Shown in pieces: positions 52,747 through 62,096 of a stretch of 64,000 nucleotides of DNA (position 1 is its first letter; each line of letters starts with the position of its first letter). A model generated the notes under the pieces. It saw only the letters and a program-made list of their open reading frames with translations. It had not been told where the DNA came from and searched no databases. Origin of the DNA: Bacteroidales bacterium. GTDB taxonomy: Bacteria > Bacteroidota > Bacteroidia > Bacteroidales > FEN-979. Location of the stretch: assembly GCA_963662525.1 (NCBI GenBank), contig OY759717.1:1813670-1877669 (forward strand), read 5' to 3'. Made by a program: the position numbers and the translations under genes.

Positions 52747-53421
52747 ATGATACAAATCCGGAATATTCATAAATCATACACAACCGGACAGAATAGTCTC
52801 CACGTCTTAAAGGGAATCGATCTGGATATCCAGGCCGGTGAGATGATCTCCATTATGGGCGCTTCAGGCAGCGGCAAATCAACCCTGCTGAATATTCTGG
52901 GGATACTGGATAATTACGACCAGGGGGAATATTTGTTAGATGGTTTGAAGATAAAAAAACTCAGTGAACGCAAAGCCGCCCAGCTCAGGAATAAAATGCT
53001 TGGTTTTGTCTTTCAATCCTTCAACCTGATCTCATTTAAAAATGCCATGGAAAATGTTGCCATGCCGCTTTATTACCAGAATGTCAGCCGGAAAAAACGC
53101 AACATGATTGCACTCGATTACCTTGAACGAATGGGAATTAAGGAATGGGCCCATCATCTGCCCAATGAATTGTCGGGCGGACAAAAACAAAGGGTGGCCA
53201 TCGCCCGGGCGATGATCACTAACCCGAAAGTGATCCTGGCTGATGAGCCTACCGGGGCGCTGGACTCAAAGACCTCTCTGGAGGTGATGGATCAATTGCA
53301 GGAGATCAACAAGACCGGGATAACCCTGATTATCGTAACCCATGAACATGATATAGCTGCCCGTACCCAGAAAACGATCAGGATTACGGACGGACTGATA
53401 ACGGATATCGTCAACAATTAA
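52747..53421 (+). CDS. ABC transporter ATP-binding protein (MacB/LolD-type)
   Basis: Walker [13 protein letters not shown], signature [14 protein letters not shown], Walker [12 protein letters not shown]. Confidence 0.92.
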   Translation: MIQIRNIHKSYTTGQNSLHVLKGIDLDIQAGEMISIMGASGSGKSTLLNILGILDNYDQGEYLLDGLKIKKLSERKAAQLRNKMLGFVFQSFNLISFKNAMENVAMPLYYQNVSRKKRNMIALDYLERMGIKEWAHHLPNELSGGQKQRVAIARAMITNPKVILADEPTGALDSKTSLEVMDQLQEINKTGITLIIVTHEHDIAARTQKTIRITDGLITDIVNN

Positions 53422-53432
53422 ATGCGAAAAGA

Positions 53433-53481
53433 GATAGGTGATGCGCGATCTGCGCCCATCGCCTATCGCCTATCGCCAATC
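53433..53481. repeat. GATAGG/CCTATC-type repeat forming a strong hairpin in the ATPase-permease intergenic gap
   Basis: GATAGGTGATGCGC-gatct-GCGC(C)CATCGCCTATC, then cgcctatcgccaatc. It belongs to the same sequence family as the GCGATAG arrays. Confidence 0.8.
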
Positions 53482-53486
53482 TCAAA

Positions 53487-54725
53487 ATGTTTGAACTGGA
53501 TAAATGGCAGGAAATCTATAGTACGGTAAAAAAGAATAAGCTCCGTACCTTTCTCACCGGCTTCAGTGTGGCCTGGGGTATTTTTATGCTTATTGTACTC
53601 CTGGGTTCGGGCAACGGACTGGAAAACGGGGTGAAGGAAAATTTCAAGGGTGGTGCCATTAACGGGGTTTGGATCAGCAGCGGGATGACCAACATGCAGT
53701 ACAAAGGAATGAAAACCGGCCGTCAGATCCGGTTCACCAACGAGGATTTTAAATTGCTCAAGCAAACCGTACCTGGTTATGATCTGATGTCGGCCCGCCT
53801 TTTTTTAGGGAACCAGCTGACTTCCTACAAAAACAATTATGGCAGTTTTTTCCTTTCTCCCTGTCACCCGGATTATGGAGCGATCAAAGAACTGGTCATG
53901 ATTGAAGGACGGTTTCTGAACTCCATCGACATCCATGAATTCAGGAAAGTCGCGGTGATCGGTGAAAAAGTCAAAGCCGCTTTATTTAAAGGAAACGACA
54001 GTCTTGCAATAGGAAAGTATATCAACATCAGCGGGGTACTTTTTAAGGTAGTGGGTATTTTCAGGGATTACAGCAGGAATGACCATGAACAGCAACGGAT
54101 CTATATTCCCATTTCCACGGCACAAAGGGTGTTCAACGGCAATACGGTCATCAACCAGATCTCCTTCACCACCGGAAAAGCCACCCAGGAGGAATCGGAT
54201 GCCATGATACAGGTGGCCCGGACCATGCTTTCGACCAAGCATACCGTCGATCCCAAAGATGACCGGGCGATAGAGATCTGGAATAAAAGCGAAGATGTCA
54301 GGAGGTTCAATGCCCTGTTTAACGGGATCCGTTTATTTATCTGGATCATTGGCATAGGAACTATCATTGCCGGTGTGGTGGGCGTGAGCAACATCATGAT
54401 GATCTCGGTGAAGGAAAGAACCAAGGAAATCGGAATCCGTAAAGCCCTGGGCGCTACGCCTCTGTCCATTGTCATGCTGATCCTACAGGAATCTATCGTG
54501 ATCACTGCTTTTGCCGGGTATATCGGGCTTGTTCTGGGAATCGGCCTGCTCGAGCTGGTTTCAAAAAACCTGCCACCCTCCGATTTTTTCCGGAATCCCG
54601 AAGCCAACTTCGCCATCGCCATCAGCGCCACTGTTTTGCTGATCGTTGCCGGCACCATAGCGGGTCTGATTCCCGGGATGAAAGCGGCAAAAATCAAACC
54701 CATTGAAGCATTAAGAGACGAATAA
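53487..54725 (+). CDS. ABC transporter permease (MacB periplasmic core domain plus FtsX)
   Basis: N-terminal TM, large periplasmic domain, C-terminal FtsX block VKERTKEIGIRKALGATP with 3 TM helices. Confidence 0.9.
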   Translation: MFELDKWQEIYSTVKKNKLRTFLTGFSVAWGIFMLIVLLGSGNGLENGVKENFKGGAINGVWISSGMTNMQYKGMKTGRQIRFTNEDFKLLKQTVPGYDLMSARLFLGNQLTSYKNNYGSFFLSPCHPDYGAIKELVMIEGRFLNSIDIHEFRKVAVIGEKVKAALFKGNDSLAIGKYINISGVLFKVVGIFRDYSRNDHEQQRIYIPISTAQRVFNGNTVINQISFTTGKATQEESDAMIQVARTMLSTKHTVDPKDDRAIEIWNKSEDVRRFNALFNGIRLFIWIIGIGTIIAGVVGVSNIMMISVKERTKEIGIRKALGATPLSIVMLILQESIVITAFAGYIGLVLGIGLLELVSKNLPPSDFFRNPEANFAIAISATVLLIVAGTIAGLIPGMKAAKIKPIEALRDE

Positions 54726-54726
54726 T

Positions 54727-55989
54727 ATGTTCGATTTAGACCGCTGGCTTGAAATCTATCATGTGTTGCGTTCGAATAAACTCCGGACCTTCCTGACGGC
54801 TTTTGGCGTATTCTGGGGGATTTTCATGCTGGTCATCATGCTGGGATCGGGCAGGGGACTGGAAAACGGGGTTACCCAGAATTTCGGGGATATGGCCACA
54901 AATTCAGTGTTCATCTGGGCGCAGCAGACTACCATCCCCTATAAGGGTTTTACCCGGGGAAGATCGTTCGATTATGAAAACAGCGATACCCGTGCCCTGA
55001 GTGATGGCATCCCCGAAATCAAGTACCTGGCGCCCCGTACCAATGTTGGCGGATACAATGGCAGCAGTAACGTGGTCAGGTTCCTGAAATCCGGTCAGTT
55101 TCAGATCTTCGGCGATTATCCAGTGTTCAATAAAATTGATCCTGTCAATATGGTGTCAGGAAGATTTTTAAATGAATTCGACCTGAAAGAAAAACGTAAG
55201 GTTGTGGTGGTTGGTCAACGTGTGGTTGACATTCTTTTTGAAAAGGGAGAGAACCCCATCAACCAGTATATCCGGATCAACGGGGTATATTTCAATGTGA
55301 TCGGGGTGTTCCAGTCAAAGCGCAACGGAGAGGCGGCCGCCAACGACAACCAGCGCATCCATATGCCCTTCACTACCCTGCAGCAGACATTTAACCTGGG
55401 CAATTCGGTAGGTTTCTTTAACATCACTTCCCGGGATGGGATCCCGGTGGCGATAGTAGAAAAGAAAGCCATTGATATCCTGAAAAAAAGACATGCCGTG
55501 GCGCCTGAGGACGACCGGGCCATCGGGCATTTTAACCTGGATGTGGAATACAAAAAAATGCGTGGTTTATTTTTCGGCATCAGTATGCTGGTCTGGATCG
55601 TGGGTATAGGAACTTTGTTAGCCGGGATCATTGGCGTGAGCAACATCATGCTGGTTGTGGTGAAGGAAAGAACCAGGGAGATCGGCATTCAGCGTGCGCT
55701 GGGCGCAACACCCCGCAACGTGATCACCCAGATCATCACCGAAGCGGTGGTACTCACTACCTTTGCAGGATACTTCGGACTGGTTATGGGCGTCGGTTTG
55801 CTGGAACTGATCAACTATCTGCTCGACAGTTCCGGGGCCAATACCCAGATGTTCGTGCATCCCGGAGTGGATTTCAAAGTGGCTGTCACGGCCCTGACGA
55901 TCCTGGTCTTTTCGGGCGCCCTGGCGGGACTGATACCTGCGAAAAGAGCAGTATCGATCAAGCCGATTGATGCATTGAGGTATGAGTGA
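54727..55989 (+). CDS. ABC transporter permease (MacB_PCD plus FtsX), paralog of the preceding gene
   Basis: Same architecture. VKERTREIGIQRALGATP. It starts 2 nt after the previous stop. Confidence 0.9.
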   Translation: MFDLDRWLEIYHVLRSNKLRTFLTAFGVFWGIFMLVIMLGSGRGLENGVTQNFGDMATNSVFIWAQQTTIPYKGFTRGRSFDYENSDTRALSDGIPEIKYLAPRTNVGGYNGSSNVVRFLKSGQFQIFGDYPVFNKIDPVNMVSGRFLNEFDLKEKRKVVVVGQRVVDILFEKGENPINQYIRINGVYFNVIGVFQSKRNGEAAANDNQRIHMPFTTLQQTFNLGNSVGFFNITSRDGIPVAIVEKKAIDILKKRHAVAPEDDRAIGHFNLDVEYKKMRGLFFGISMLVWIVGIGTLLAGIIGVSNIMLVVVKERTREIGIQRALGATPRNVITQIITEAVVLTTFAGYFGLVMGVGLLELINYLLDSSGANTQMFVHPGVDFKVAVTALTILVFSGALAGLIPAKRAVSIKPIDALRYE

Positions 55990-56017
55990 GAATTAGGAAT
56001 TAAGAATTAGGAATTAG
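55990..56017 (+). repeat. Heptamer tandem array (GAATTAG/GAATTAA)x4 immediately after a stop codon
   Basis: gaattag gaattaa gaattag gaattag begins 1 nt after the TGA at 55987..55989. Confidence 0.9.
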
Positions 56018-56037
56018 TTCAAGGAAATAGTAAGTTT

Positions 56038-57135
56038 ATGAAGAAGATTTTGAAAATTTCGTTGCTGGTGATTATTCTGGCGGTTTTTGTGATCACCATT
56101 GTTTACCTGTATAATAAGTCGAAGGAGAAGCCGGTGGTCTTTCAGACCGAGACTCCGTTCAAGACGAATATCATTAAAAAAACCGTGGCAACAGGTTCGG
56201 TGATCCCGCGCAAGGAAATTGAGATCAAGCCCCAGGTTTCGGGCATCGTGGAGGAGATCTACGTGGAAGCCGGCAAGAACATCAGATCAGGGGAGGTGAT
56301 TGCCAAGGTGCGCATCATTCCCGACCTGGTGAACCTGAACAATGCCGAAGGCAGGGTGGAAAGGGCAAAAATTGCCTTTGATGATGCAAAGCTCAATTTC
56401 GACCGTCAGGAAAAGCTGTTCAAACAGGGTGTTATTGCCGAAGCCGAATACCAGAAAACTCAGCTTACTTATCGAAATGATATGCAGGAAGTGGAAGCTG
56501 CCGAGGCCAACCTGGAACTGATCCGTGAAGGAGTGAATAAAAGATCGGGTAAAACCACCAATACACTCATCCGTTCCACCATTACCGGAATGATTTTAGA
56601 CATCCCGATCAAGGTGGGAAGTTCCGTGATCGAAGCCAATAATTTCAATGCCGGGACGACCATTGCCAGTGTGGCAGACATCGGCGACATGATCTTCCAG
56701 GGAAAGGTGGACGAGACCGAAGTCGGGAAGATCAAACCCGGCATGAACCTGCTGTTGACGGTTGGAGCCATCGAAAACGATACTTTTCATGCTACCCTCA
56801 AGTACATTTCCCCCAAGGGAGTATTGGAAAACGGAGCCGTTCAGTTCGAGATCAAAGCCGATGTGAACCTCAAGGCCGATCAGTTTGTGAGGGCGGGTTA
56901 CAGCGCCAATGCCGACATCGTCCTGCAAAGGGTTGACAGCGTGCTGGCAATTAAAGAAAGCCTGCTGCAGTTTGAAAAAGATTCGGCTTACGTGGAAGTT
57001 GAAACAGGTCCTCAGAAATTCGAGAAACGCTTCATTAAAACCGGATTATCCGACGGACTGAATATCCAGGTTATTTCGGGTCTTACCGCCAAGGAAAAAA
57101 TCAAGGTGCCCCAGAACCTGACTACACCCAAGTGA
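56038..57135 (+). CDS. Efflux periplasmic adaptor subunit (HlyD/MacA family)
   Basis: N-terminal TM anchor, a coiled-coil hairpin region (AEGRVERAKIAFDDAKLNFDRQEKLFKQGVIAEAEYQK...) and beta-barrel segments. Confidence 0.85.
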   Translation: MKKILKISLLVIILAVFVITIVYLYNKSKEKPVVFQTETPFKTNIIKKTVATGSVIPRKEIEIKPQVSGIVEEIYVEAGKNIRSGEVIAKVRIIPDLVNLNNAEGRVERAKIAFDDAKLNFDRQEKLFKQGVIAEAEYQKTQLTYRNDMQEVEAAEANLELIREGVNKRSGKTTNTLIRSTITGMILDIPIKVGSSVIEANNFNAGTTIASVADIGDMIFQGKVDETEVGKIKPGMNLLLTVGAIENDTFHATLKYISPKGVLENGAVQFEIKADVNLKADQFVRAGYSANADIVLQRVDSVLAIKESLLQFEKDSAYVEVETGPQKFEKRFIKTGLSDGLNIQVISGLTAKEKIKVPQNLTTPK

Positions 57136-57147
57136 CAGGATTCAGCA

Positions 57148-58098
57148 TCAGAAACGTTTGACATAGCCATGGCAGTAAGGCGTACTGCCCTTGTGATCGT
57201 AGTAATCCTGGTGGTAATCCTCGGCTTTCCAGAATGTTGATGCCGGCCGGAGTTCGGTGACTACCTTAAAGCCTTTGTCTTTCAGCAGGGCGATCAGTTT
57301 TTCTGCCGTTTTTTTCTGTTCCTCATTCCGGTAAAACACGGCCGAACGGTATTGTTCCCCGAAATCCGGTCCCTGGTGATTCCACTGGGTAGGATCATGG
57401 GTTTCGAAAAACATTCTGGCCACTTCCTCATAGGAGGTCTGTACCGGATCAAACACCACCTCAATGGCTTCCAGGTGGCCGGTCGTTCCCGCACAGACCT
57501 CTTTGTAGGTGGGATTGTTCTTATGCCCCCCGGTATAGCCGACTTCCGTGGAGATCACCCCTTTGATTTTCTGCATATAAAACTCCACGCCCCAGAAGCA
57601 TCCGCCGGCAAAGATGGCCGTATCTGTTACTACTTTTCCCGCGGGAATAAAATCAAGGGAGATGGAATTGACGCAATGCCGGGTATCTTTCGTGGTGAAC
57701 CCTTCTCCTGAAAATACATGCCCCAGGTGAGCGCCGCATTTGGCGCATTGGATTTCGGTGCGCATGCCATCGGCATCGGGTATTCTTTTTACGGCTCCTT
57801 TTATCTCATCGTCGAAGGAAGGCCAGCCGCAATGGGCATCGAATTTATCGGAAGAACGGTAAAGCGGTGCTCCGCAACGCTTGCACACATAGGTTCCGGG
57901 GTCGTTGAAGTTCTCGTACTTCCCGGTGAACGGGTGTTCAGTTCCTTTTTGCTCGATTACTCTGGCTTCTTCAGGGGTTAAGGTTTTATGGTTCATCTTG
58001 TTTTGTTTTTTATTGGAAGGCATGGAGGAATTCTGAGTGCAGGCTCCACCCGCAAGCACGAAAAAGATCAGAAAGCTGAAAAATGCCCTGTTGCACAT
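57148..58098 (-). CDS. msrAB: Bifunctional methionine sulfoxide reductase MsrB-MsrA with an export/lipoprotein-like leader
   Basis: MsrB block with CxxC...CxxC zinc site and RHCVNS. MsrA block GGCFWGVE. The ATG at 58098 gives MCNRAFFSFLIFFVLAGGAC. The TTG start at 58149 in the track is less likely. Confidence 0.88.
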   Translation of the reverse strand: MCNRAFFSFLIFFVLAGGACTQNSSMPSNKKQNKMNHKTLTPEEARVIEQKGTEHPFTGKYENFNDPGTYVCKRCGAPLYRSSDKFDAHCGWPSFDDEIKGAVKRIPDADGMRTEIQCAKCGAHLGHVFSGEGFTTKDTRHCVNSISLDFIPAGKVVTDTAIFAGGCFWGVEFYMQKIKGVISTEVGYTGGHKNNPTYKEVCAGTTGHLEAIEVVFDPVQTSYEEVARMFFETHDPTQWNHQGPDFGEQYRSAVFYRNEEQKKTAEKLIALLKDKGFKVVTELRPASTFWKAEDYHQDYYDHKGSTPYCHGYVKRF

Positions 58099-58399
58099 TT
58101 TATTCAAACACAATCTTCCCCGAATAGTTCTTTTTACCGTTGAAGGCAAACGCTTATCTCACTGCTTCCTACTGCATTACTTGATACCTCAGCAGGCTCC
58201 AGGTGGTATCGGTTGCCGGATATTTTCTTTTGATTTGAATCAAGCCAATATTTTTTGCCAGAAAGATATTTTGTTTAATTGTATCTGTAGTTGAATTACC
58301 TATTATTGGGTTCTCTTCCCTTGTTTGAATCACTTGATATTGTACGCTAATAATGAATTTCAGACTATCGCAGGAAGCTACATACGGATTCCTTAACGG

Positions 58400-59026
58400 T
58401 TATCGCACAACATGAGATCTCACCAAATTCCATGTAGAGTCTTGCCCATTGGTATGGTAAGTATATTTGATTAAACCATGAGATTTATCGAAGAAATATG
58501 TACACTTGACAGAATCGTGGTTTTGAAATGGAAAGGAAACATATTGAGTAACAAGGACATTTACATAAATATTTGAATCAATTCGCAAGGTATCACTGGT
58601 ACTTAAAACCTCAAAGGAATAATTGGAATACGTACTATGCCGATAGTAACCCTTATAAATATTACCTGAAATAATGCTGATACTGCCTGACGCTCCTTTA
58701 AAGGAATGACATAAAACATATCCTGAATCCTCGGAGTCCGGTCTTCCGGGGACAGATGTAAGGAAGTTGCCCCCATAGTGACTAAATAGCCATTCTTCTT
58801 TAGGTCCTGTTTCCCCGATATAGACAAACGATAAAACAGGAGGACTCAATAAATAGGTGCTATCCTCCTTCCCGATTATATCATTTTTATAGATCCAGTA
58901 ACTTCCCATCCCAAATAATGCATAGGGTTTCAATTCGTCAGGAAAATAGGATACTGACCTTTCTGTTTTTTTGCAACCGATTAAGGTAATTAATAAAAGC
59001 AGAAATGCAAGTAAAGGTTTATTCAT
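58400..59026 (-). CDS. Hypothetical lipoprotein
   Basis: Leader MNKPLLAFLLLLITLIGCKK. No family recognised. TATCTTTG box (minus strand) at 59052..59059. Confidence 0.5.
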   Translation of the reverse strand: MNKPLLAFLLLLITLIGCKKTERSVSYFPDELKPYALFGMGSYWIYKNDIIGKEDSTYLLSPPVLSFVYIGETGPKEEWLFSHYGGNFLTSVPGRPDSEDSGYVLCHSFKGASGSISIISGNIYKGYYRHSTYSNYSFEVLSTSDTLRIDSNIYVNVLVTQYVSFPFQNHDSVKCTYFFDKSHGLIKYTYHTNGQDSTWNLVRSHVVR

Positions 59027-59240
59027 GCATCCAGGATCAGTTTGCCTGTAACAAAGATATTTATTTTTCAGGAAAAATTATGAAAAACTGATTTCGCTGT
59101 ATCTGATTCCCTGACAACCCTGAACTTACCATAACCGATAATTCCCCTGCCTTGAATGTATAAATATTGGTTTGGGGAAAAGGATCAGAAGTATCAAAAC
59201 ATTACGAGGCTGTTCAAGTTTATAAAATGGATTAAAATTT

Positions 59241-59323
59241 AACCACAATGGCACAAAGGATGCACAAAGTACACAAAGCAACTCATTGTGAACTTTGTGT
59301 AAATTTTTGTGGACTTTGTGGTT
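59241..59323. repeat. 83-bp imperfect palindrome built from CACAAAG / CTTTGTG heptads
   Basis: AACCACAAtggCACAAAGgatgCACAAAGtaCACAAAGcaactcattgtgaaCTTTGTGtaaatttttgtggaCTTTGTGGTT. The outer 8 bp AACCACAA/TTGTGGTT are perfectly complementary. Confidence 0.85.
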
Positions 59324-59470
59324 GAAGAAAAGCAGTGATAGTGCGTATAGGATTCTACAGAAAACTTCTAAAATTTTAAACAGACACTAAACTGCTTACA
59401 TCGGATGGATATTTTACAAGGGGAATGATCGTTTGCGAAACTAGGCTAATGGGTCTGAATATTAATATAA

Positions 59471-61102
59471 TTAATGATTGATAACGCTGAATTTTCCATA
59501 CCCTGAAAACTCCCCAGCGCTGAATGAATAAAGATAGGTTCCCGGGCTGAGATCAGAAACATCGGCTTTGAAGGTATTGTTCCCGGCCGGAAAGTTCTGA
59601 TTGCAAAGGAATTCAAGGTTCTTTCCTGAAAGATCATAAAGCCTGATCGTTACTTTTTCTGATTTTTCCAGTTCAAAAGCAATGTTCAGATACTGATCGC
59701 ATGGGTTAGGGTAAGCTCCCAATAGCCTTTCACCTTCTCCATGGTCTATTTCCGAAACAGATGTATAAGTGCTGTATTCGGCATCGAACAGGGCTATCCC
59801 GTTTCCACCTGTTCCTTCTGACGTCCATACATTGATCCCTTTCTGTTCGGAAAAGTTCAGTCTGACTTTGGGATCAGGATCCTCAAGATTTGGAGCATCA
59901 TTAAAACCGGCAGAAACAATTGTCCAGTTATCGGGTTGTTGGAAATTCAGGTTGTTGGTAATAAAGGGCAGTTTCTGTTCCGTGGCATCGTACCAGGTGG
60001 CCATGAAATTTGAAGTGTAAGGATTGAATGCGATATCGGGCTGGAGGTTCTCATGCCCGGGATTGGTGAAGGATAAGGGTTTGAAACAGGAAGTGAGGGT
60101 GGATTGGAGGTTATACACTCCTTTGACATCAAAGCGGTCGTTCAGGGGATCGTACTGTTCGTAGAGAATAACCGTAGTCAGGTTGGCGCTGTCGTTGTCG
60201 GTATCGCTATACTGGCAGGCAATGACCGGGTTACGGCAAAGATTGATGGCCGAAGGATCCAGGCTGTCGATGCATACCGGTCTGGTATAATGACTGTCGA
60301 AGTTCGGTTCTGTATGTGCAGTATAGATATGACCGGTAGGAGAATTGATATTGTCTGCCTGTTCCCACACAGCAAAATACCTCCCACTGCTCCATGAGGG
60401 GCTTCTGCCATAGGCCAGACTGAGATTCAGAAAGGGTTTATCTGAAGCACCAATGGTGTCCCATACAAGGGATTCACCACCATCAGCGGAAGAAATATAA
60501 TAAAGGTTTTCTGTGTTCGAATATTTGTTTTGCGAATATAAAATTCCAAGGCTATATGGATCAGCGGCTGCCGCCGGATACATTAAATCTGAAGCAAAAA
60601 AAATGTCACGGATACCTTCATCAATAAGTAGTGTTTTTTCATATTCAGTGGTCACAGCATTATACCTGAAAACCTGACCAAGGCTATAACCCAATGAAGT
60701 ACTTGAGCCAACATAGGAAAAGTATAATTTCAAATTTGCCTCGCTATTTCCAACAACCATTAAATCTAATGATTTAAGGGAGCAATAGTCACATGGAAGA
60801 GCCCCGCCCAGGATATTTTCCCAATGCAGACCATTATCTGTAGATTTTAATATGGTGAGCCATGGATATATCGTAGAATCATATCCATAAACAGCATAAA
60901 GCCAACCATTATATGCAGATCCAATAGCAATTTTCCTCTGGTCACGATCAGGTTGGTCGTGGATTACAATATCTTTCCCGAACAGGGGCGATCTGTTTGT
61001 CTGAACCGGAAGCAAGGGTTTATCCCTGGGAATCTGAGCGTTCAGGTCGCGGGCGAAGACCAGGGAAAACATGACAATGGCAAGCATTGAAGATAATTTC
61101 AT
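59471..61102 (-). CDS. Secreted BNR/sialidase-like propeller protein with a T9SS sorting domain
   Basis: The ATG at 61102 gives MKLSSMLAIVMFSLVFARDLNAQ. Asp-box-like STDNGLHW and SADGGESL. C-terminus LLGAYPNPCDQYLNIAFE...IRLYDLSGKNL...GTYLYSFSAGEFSGYGKFSVINH. Confidence 0.7.
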   Translation of the reverse strand: MKLSSMLAIVMFSLVFARDLNAQIPRDKPLLPVQTNRSPLFGKDIVIHDQPDRDQRKIAIGSAYNGWLYAVYGYDSTIYPWLTILKSTDNGLHWENILGGALPCDYCSLKSLDLMVVGNSEANLKLYFSYVGSSTSLGYSLGQVFRYNAVTTEYEKTLLIDEGIRDIFFASDLMYPAAAADPYSLGILYSQNKYSNTENLYYISSADGGESLVWDTIGASDKPFLNLSLAYGRSPSWSSGRYFAVWEQADNINSPTGHIYTAHTEPNFDSHYTRPVCIDSLDPSAINLCRNPVIACQYSDTDNDSANLTTVILYEQYDPLNDRFDVKGVYNLQSTLTSCFKPLSFTNPGHENLQPDIAFNPYTSNFMATWYDATEQKLPFITNNLNFQQPDNWTIVSAGFNDAPNLEDPDPKVRLNFSEQKGINVWTSEGTGGNGIALFDAEYSTYTSVSEIDHGEGERLLGAYPNPCDQYLNIAFELEKSEKVTIRLYDLSGKNLEFLCNQNFPAGNNTFKADVSDLSPGTYLYSFSAGEFSGYGKFSVINH

Positions 61103-61449
61103 GATGATATTTTTAAGTTCCAAACAGGAAATATTTTCTCGGTTATCAGGGTAGAAAACTCGTTAATCAATTTTTGCAATTAAATTCCGGGGAAATAAAA
61201 TCGCTTGAAATAACAAAGATAACGCGGGATTAAGCGGATATCAAATTTATGAATGTGAATAGTTTAGGCGGTTTTTGCTGTTTTTTCGGCATAACAAAAA
61301 TCACGCCAAAACTTAATCACATGTCGTTCAGCAAAATATAAAAATGAATAATTTTCGAAGTGTCAAAAAATTAGACAGTTGATGGTTAATCAATTGTTAA
61401 TAAATTTTTTGAAAGGTGTGGTATGTTTTTCCAGTAGCTATTACCGGAA

Positions 61450-61947
61450 TTATTGTTTGAACATTTTTTCCACGATGAGCACCTGCCCGTTATTGCTTAC
61501 CCTGACGTAAGCGATGCCCGGGCGTATCTTGTTATACACGTCGAAGGAACGGACCTTCAGTCCGTCTTCCTGGTACTCCTGCATGAGGGTTCTGAGTACA
61601 GCACCGGAGCAATCGAGGATCTCGATCTTGACGTTGCCTGGTTCAGCAGTGGTATAGATTACATTGAGGGTTTGATCGACGGGGTTCGGCATGATGCGGA
61701 ACTGTAGGTTTTCTTTGGGGCGCATCATTCCGCCAGCGCACATGTTCGGATCAGGCACTTCGAATCCTTTTGGGAACAACTGGTAGGTTTTGTATTGTTT
61801 CACAGGTGCGGGAATGACCTTCACCACTGGTTTTTCGATAATTATTTTTACTTTTTTCCTGCAGGGACAGTCATCGTCGGCGGCAAAGCCAGCCATGTAA
61901 AAAGTGGCAAACAAAATGGCCAGAACTATGTTTAACCGGGTTTTCAT
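61450..61947 (-). CDS. Small secreted protein consisting mainly of a T9SS sorting domain
   Basis: The ATG at 61947 gives MKTRLNIVLAILFATFYMAGFA. C-terminus FRIMPNPVDQTLNVIY...IEILDCSGAVLRTL...GIAYVRVSNNGQVLIVEKMFKQ. Confidence 0.65.
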   Translation of the reverse strand: MKTRLNIVLAILFATFYMAGFAADDDCPCRKKVKIIIEKPVVKVIPAPVKQYKTYQLFPKGFEVPDPNMCAGGMMRPKENLQFRIMPNPVDQTLNVIYTTAEPGNVKIEILDCSGAVLRTLMQEYQEDGLKVRSFDVYNKIRPGIAYVRVSNNGQVLIVEKMFKQ

Positions 61948-62096
61948 GGGCTTCGTTTTCTGTCTTGTACGGTTAACAGCCTGAATGGTTGCATTTTCAT
62001 GGTGAGAATAAGTAACTGTAGCATTTTTCGAGTTATATGTGTGCGTCAAAGGACAATGCTGTTTTTATTACCTTTGCCGTTCAATACGACATGACG

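Noticed and set aside
53463-53765. 100-aa minus-strand ORF spanning the GATAGG hairpin and the 5' end of the permease gene.
   Set aside because: It is antisense to the permease and begins in repeat sequence, so it has no support.
54101-55688. 200-aa and 157-aa minus-strand ORFs opposite the two FtsX permease genes.
   Set aside because: They mirror the hydrophobic codon bias of the permeases. The forward genes have diagnostic FtsX motifs and tight operon spacing.
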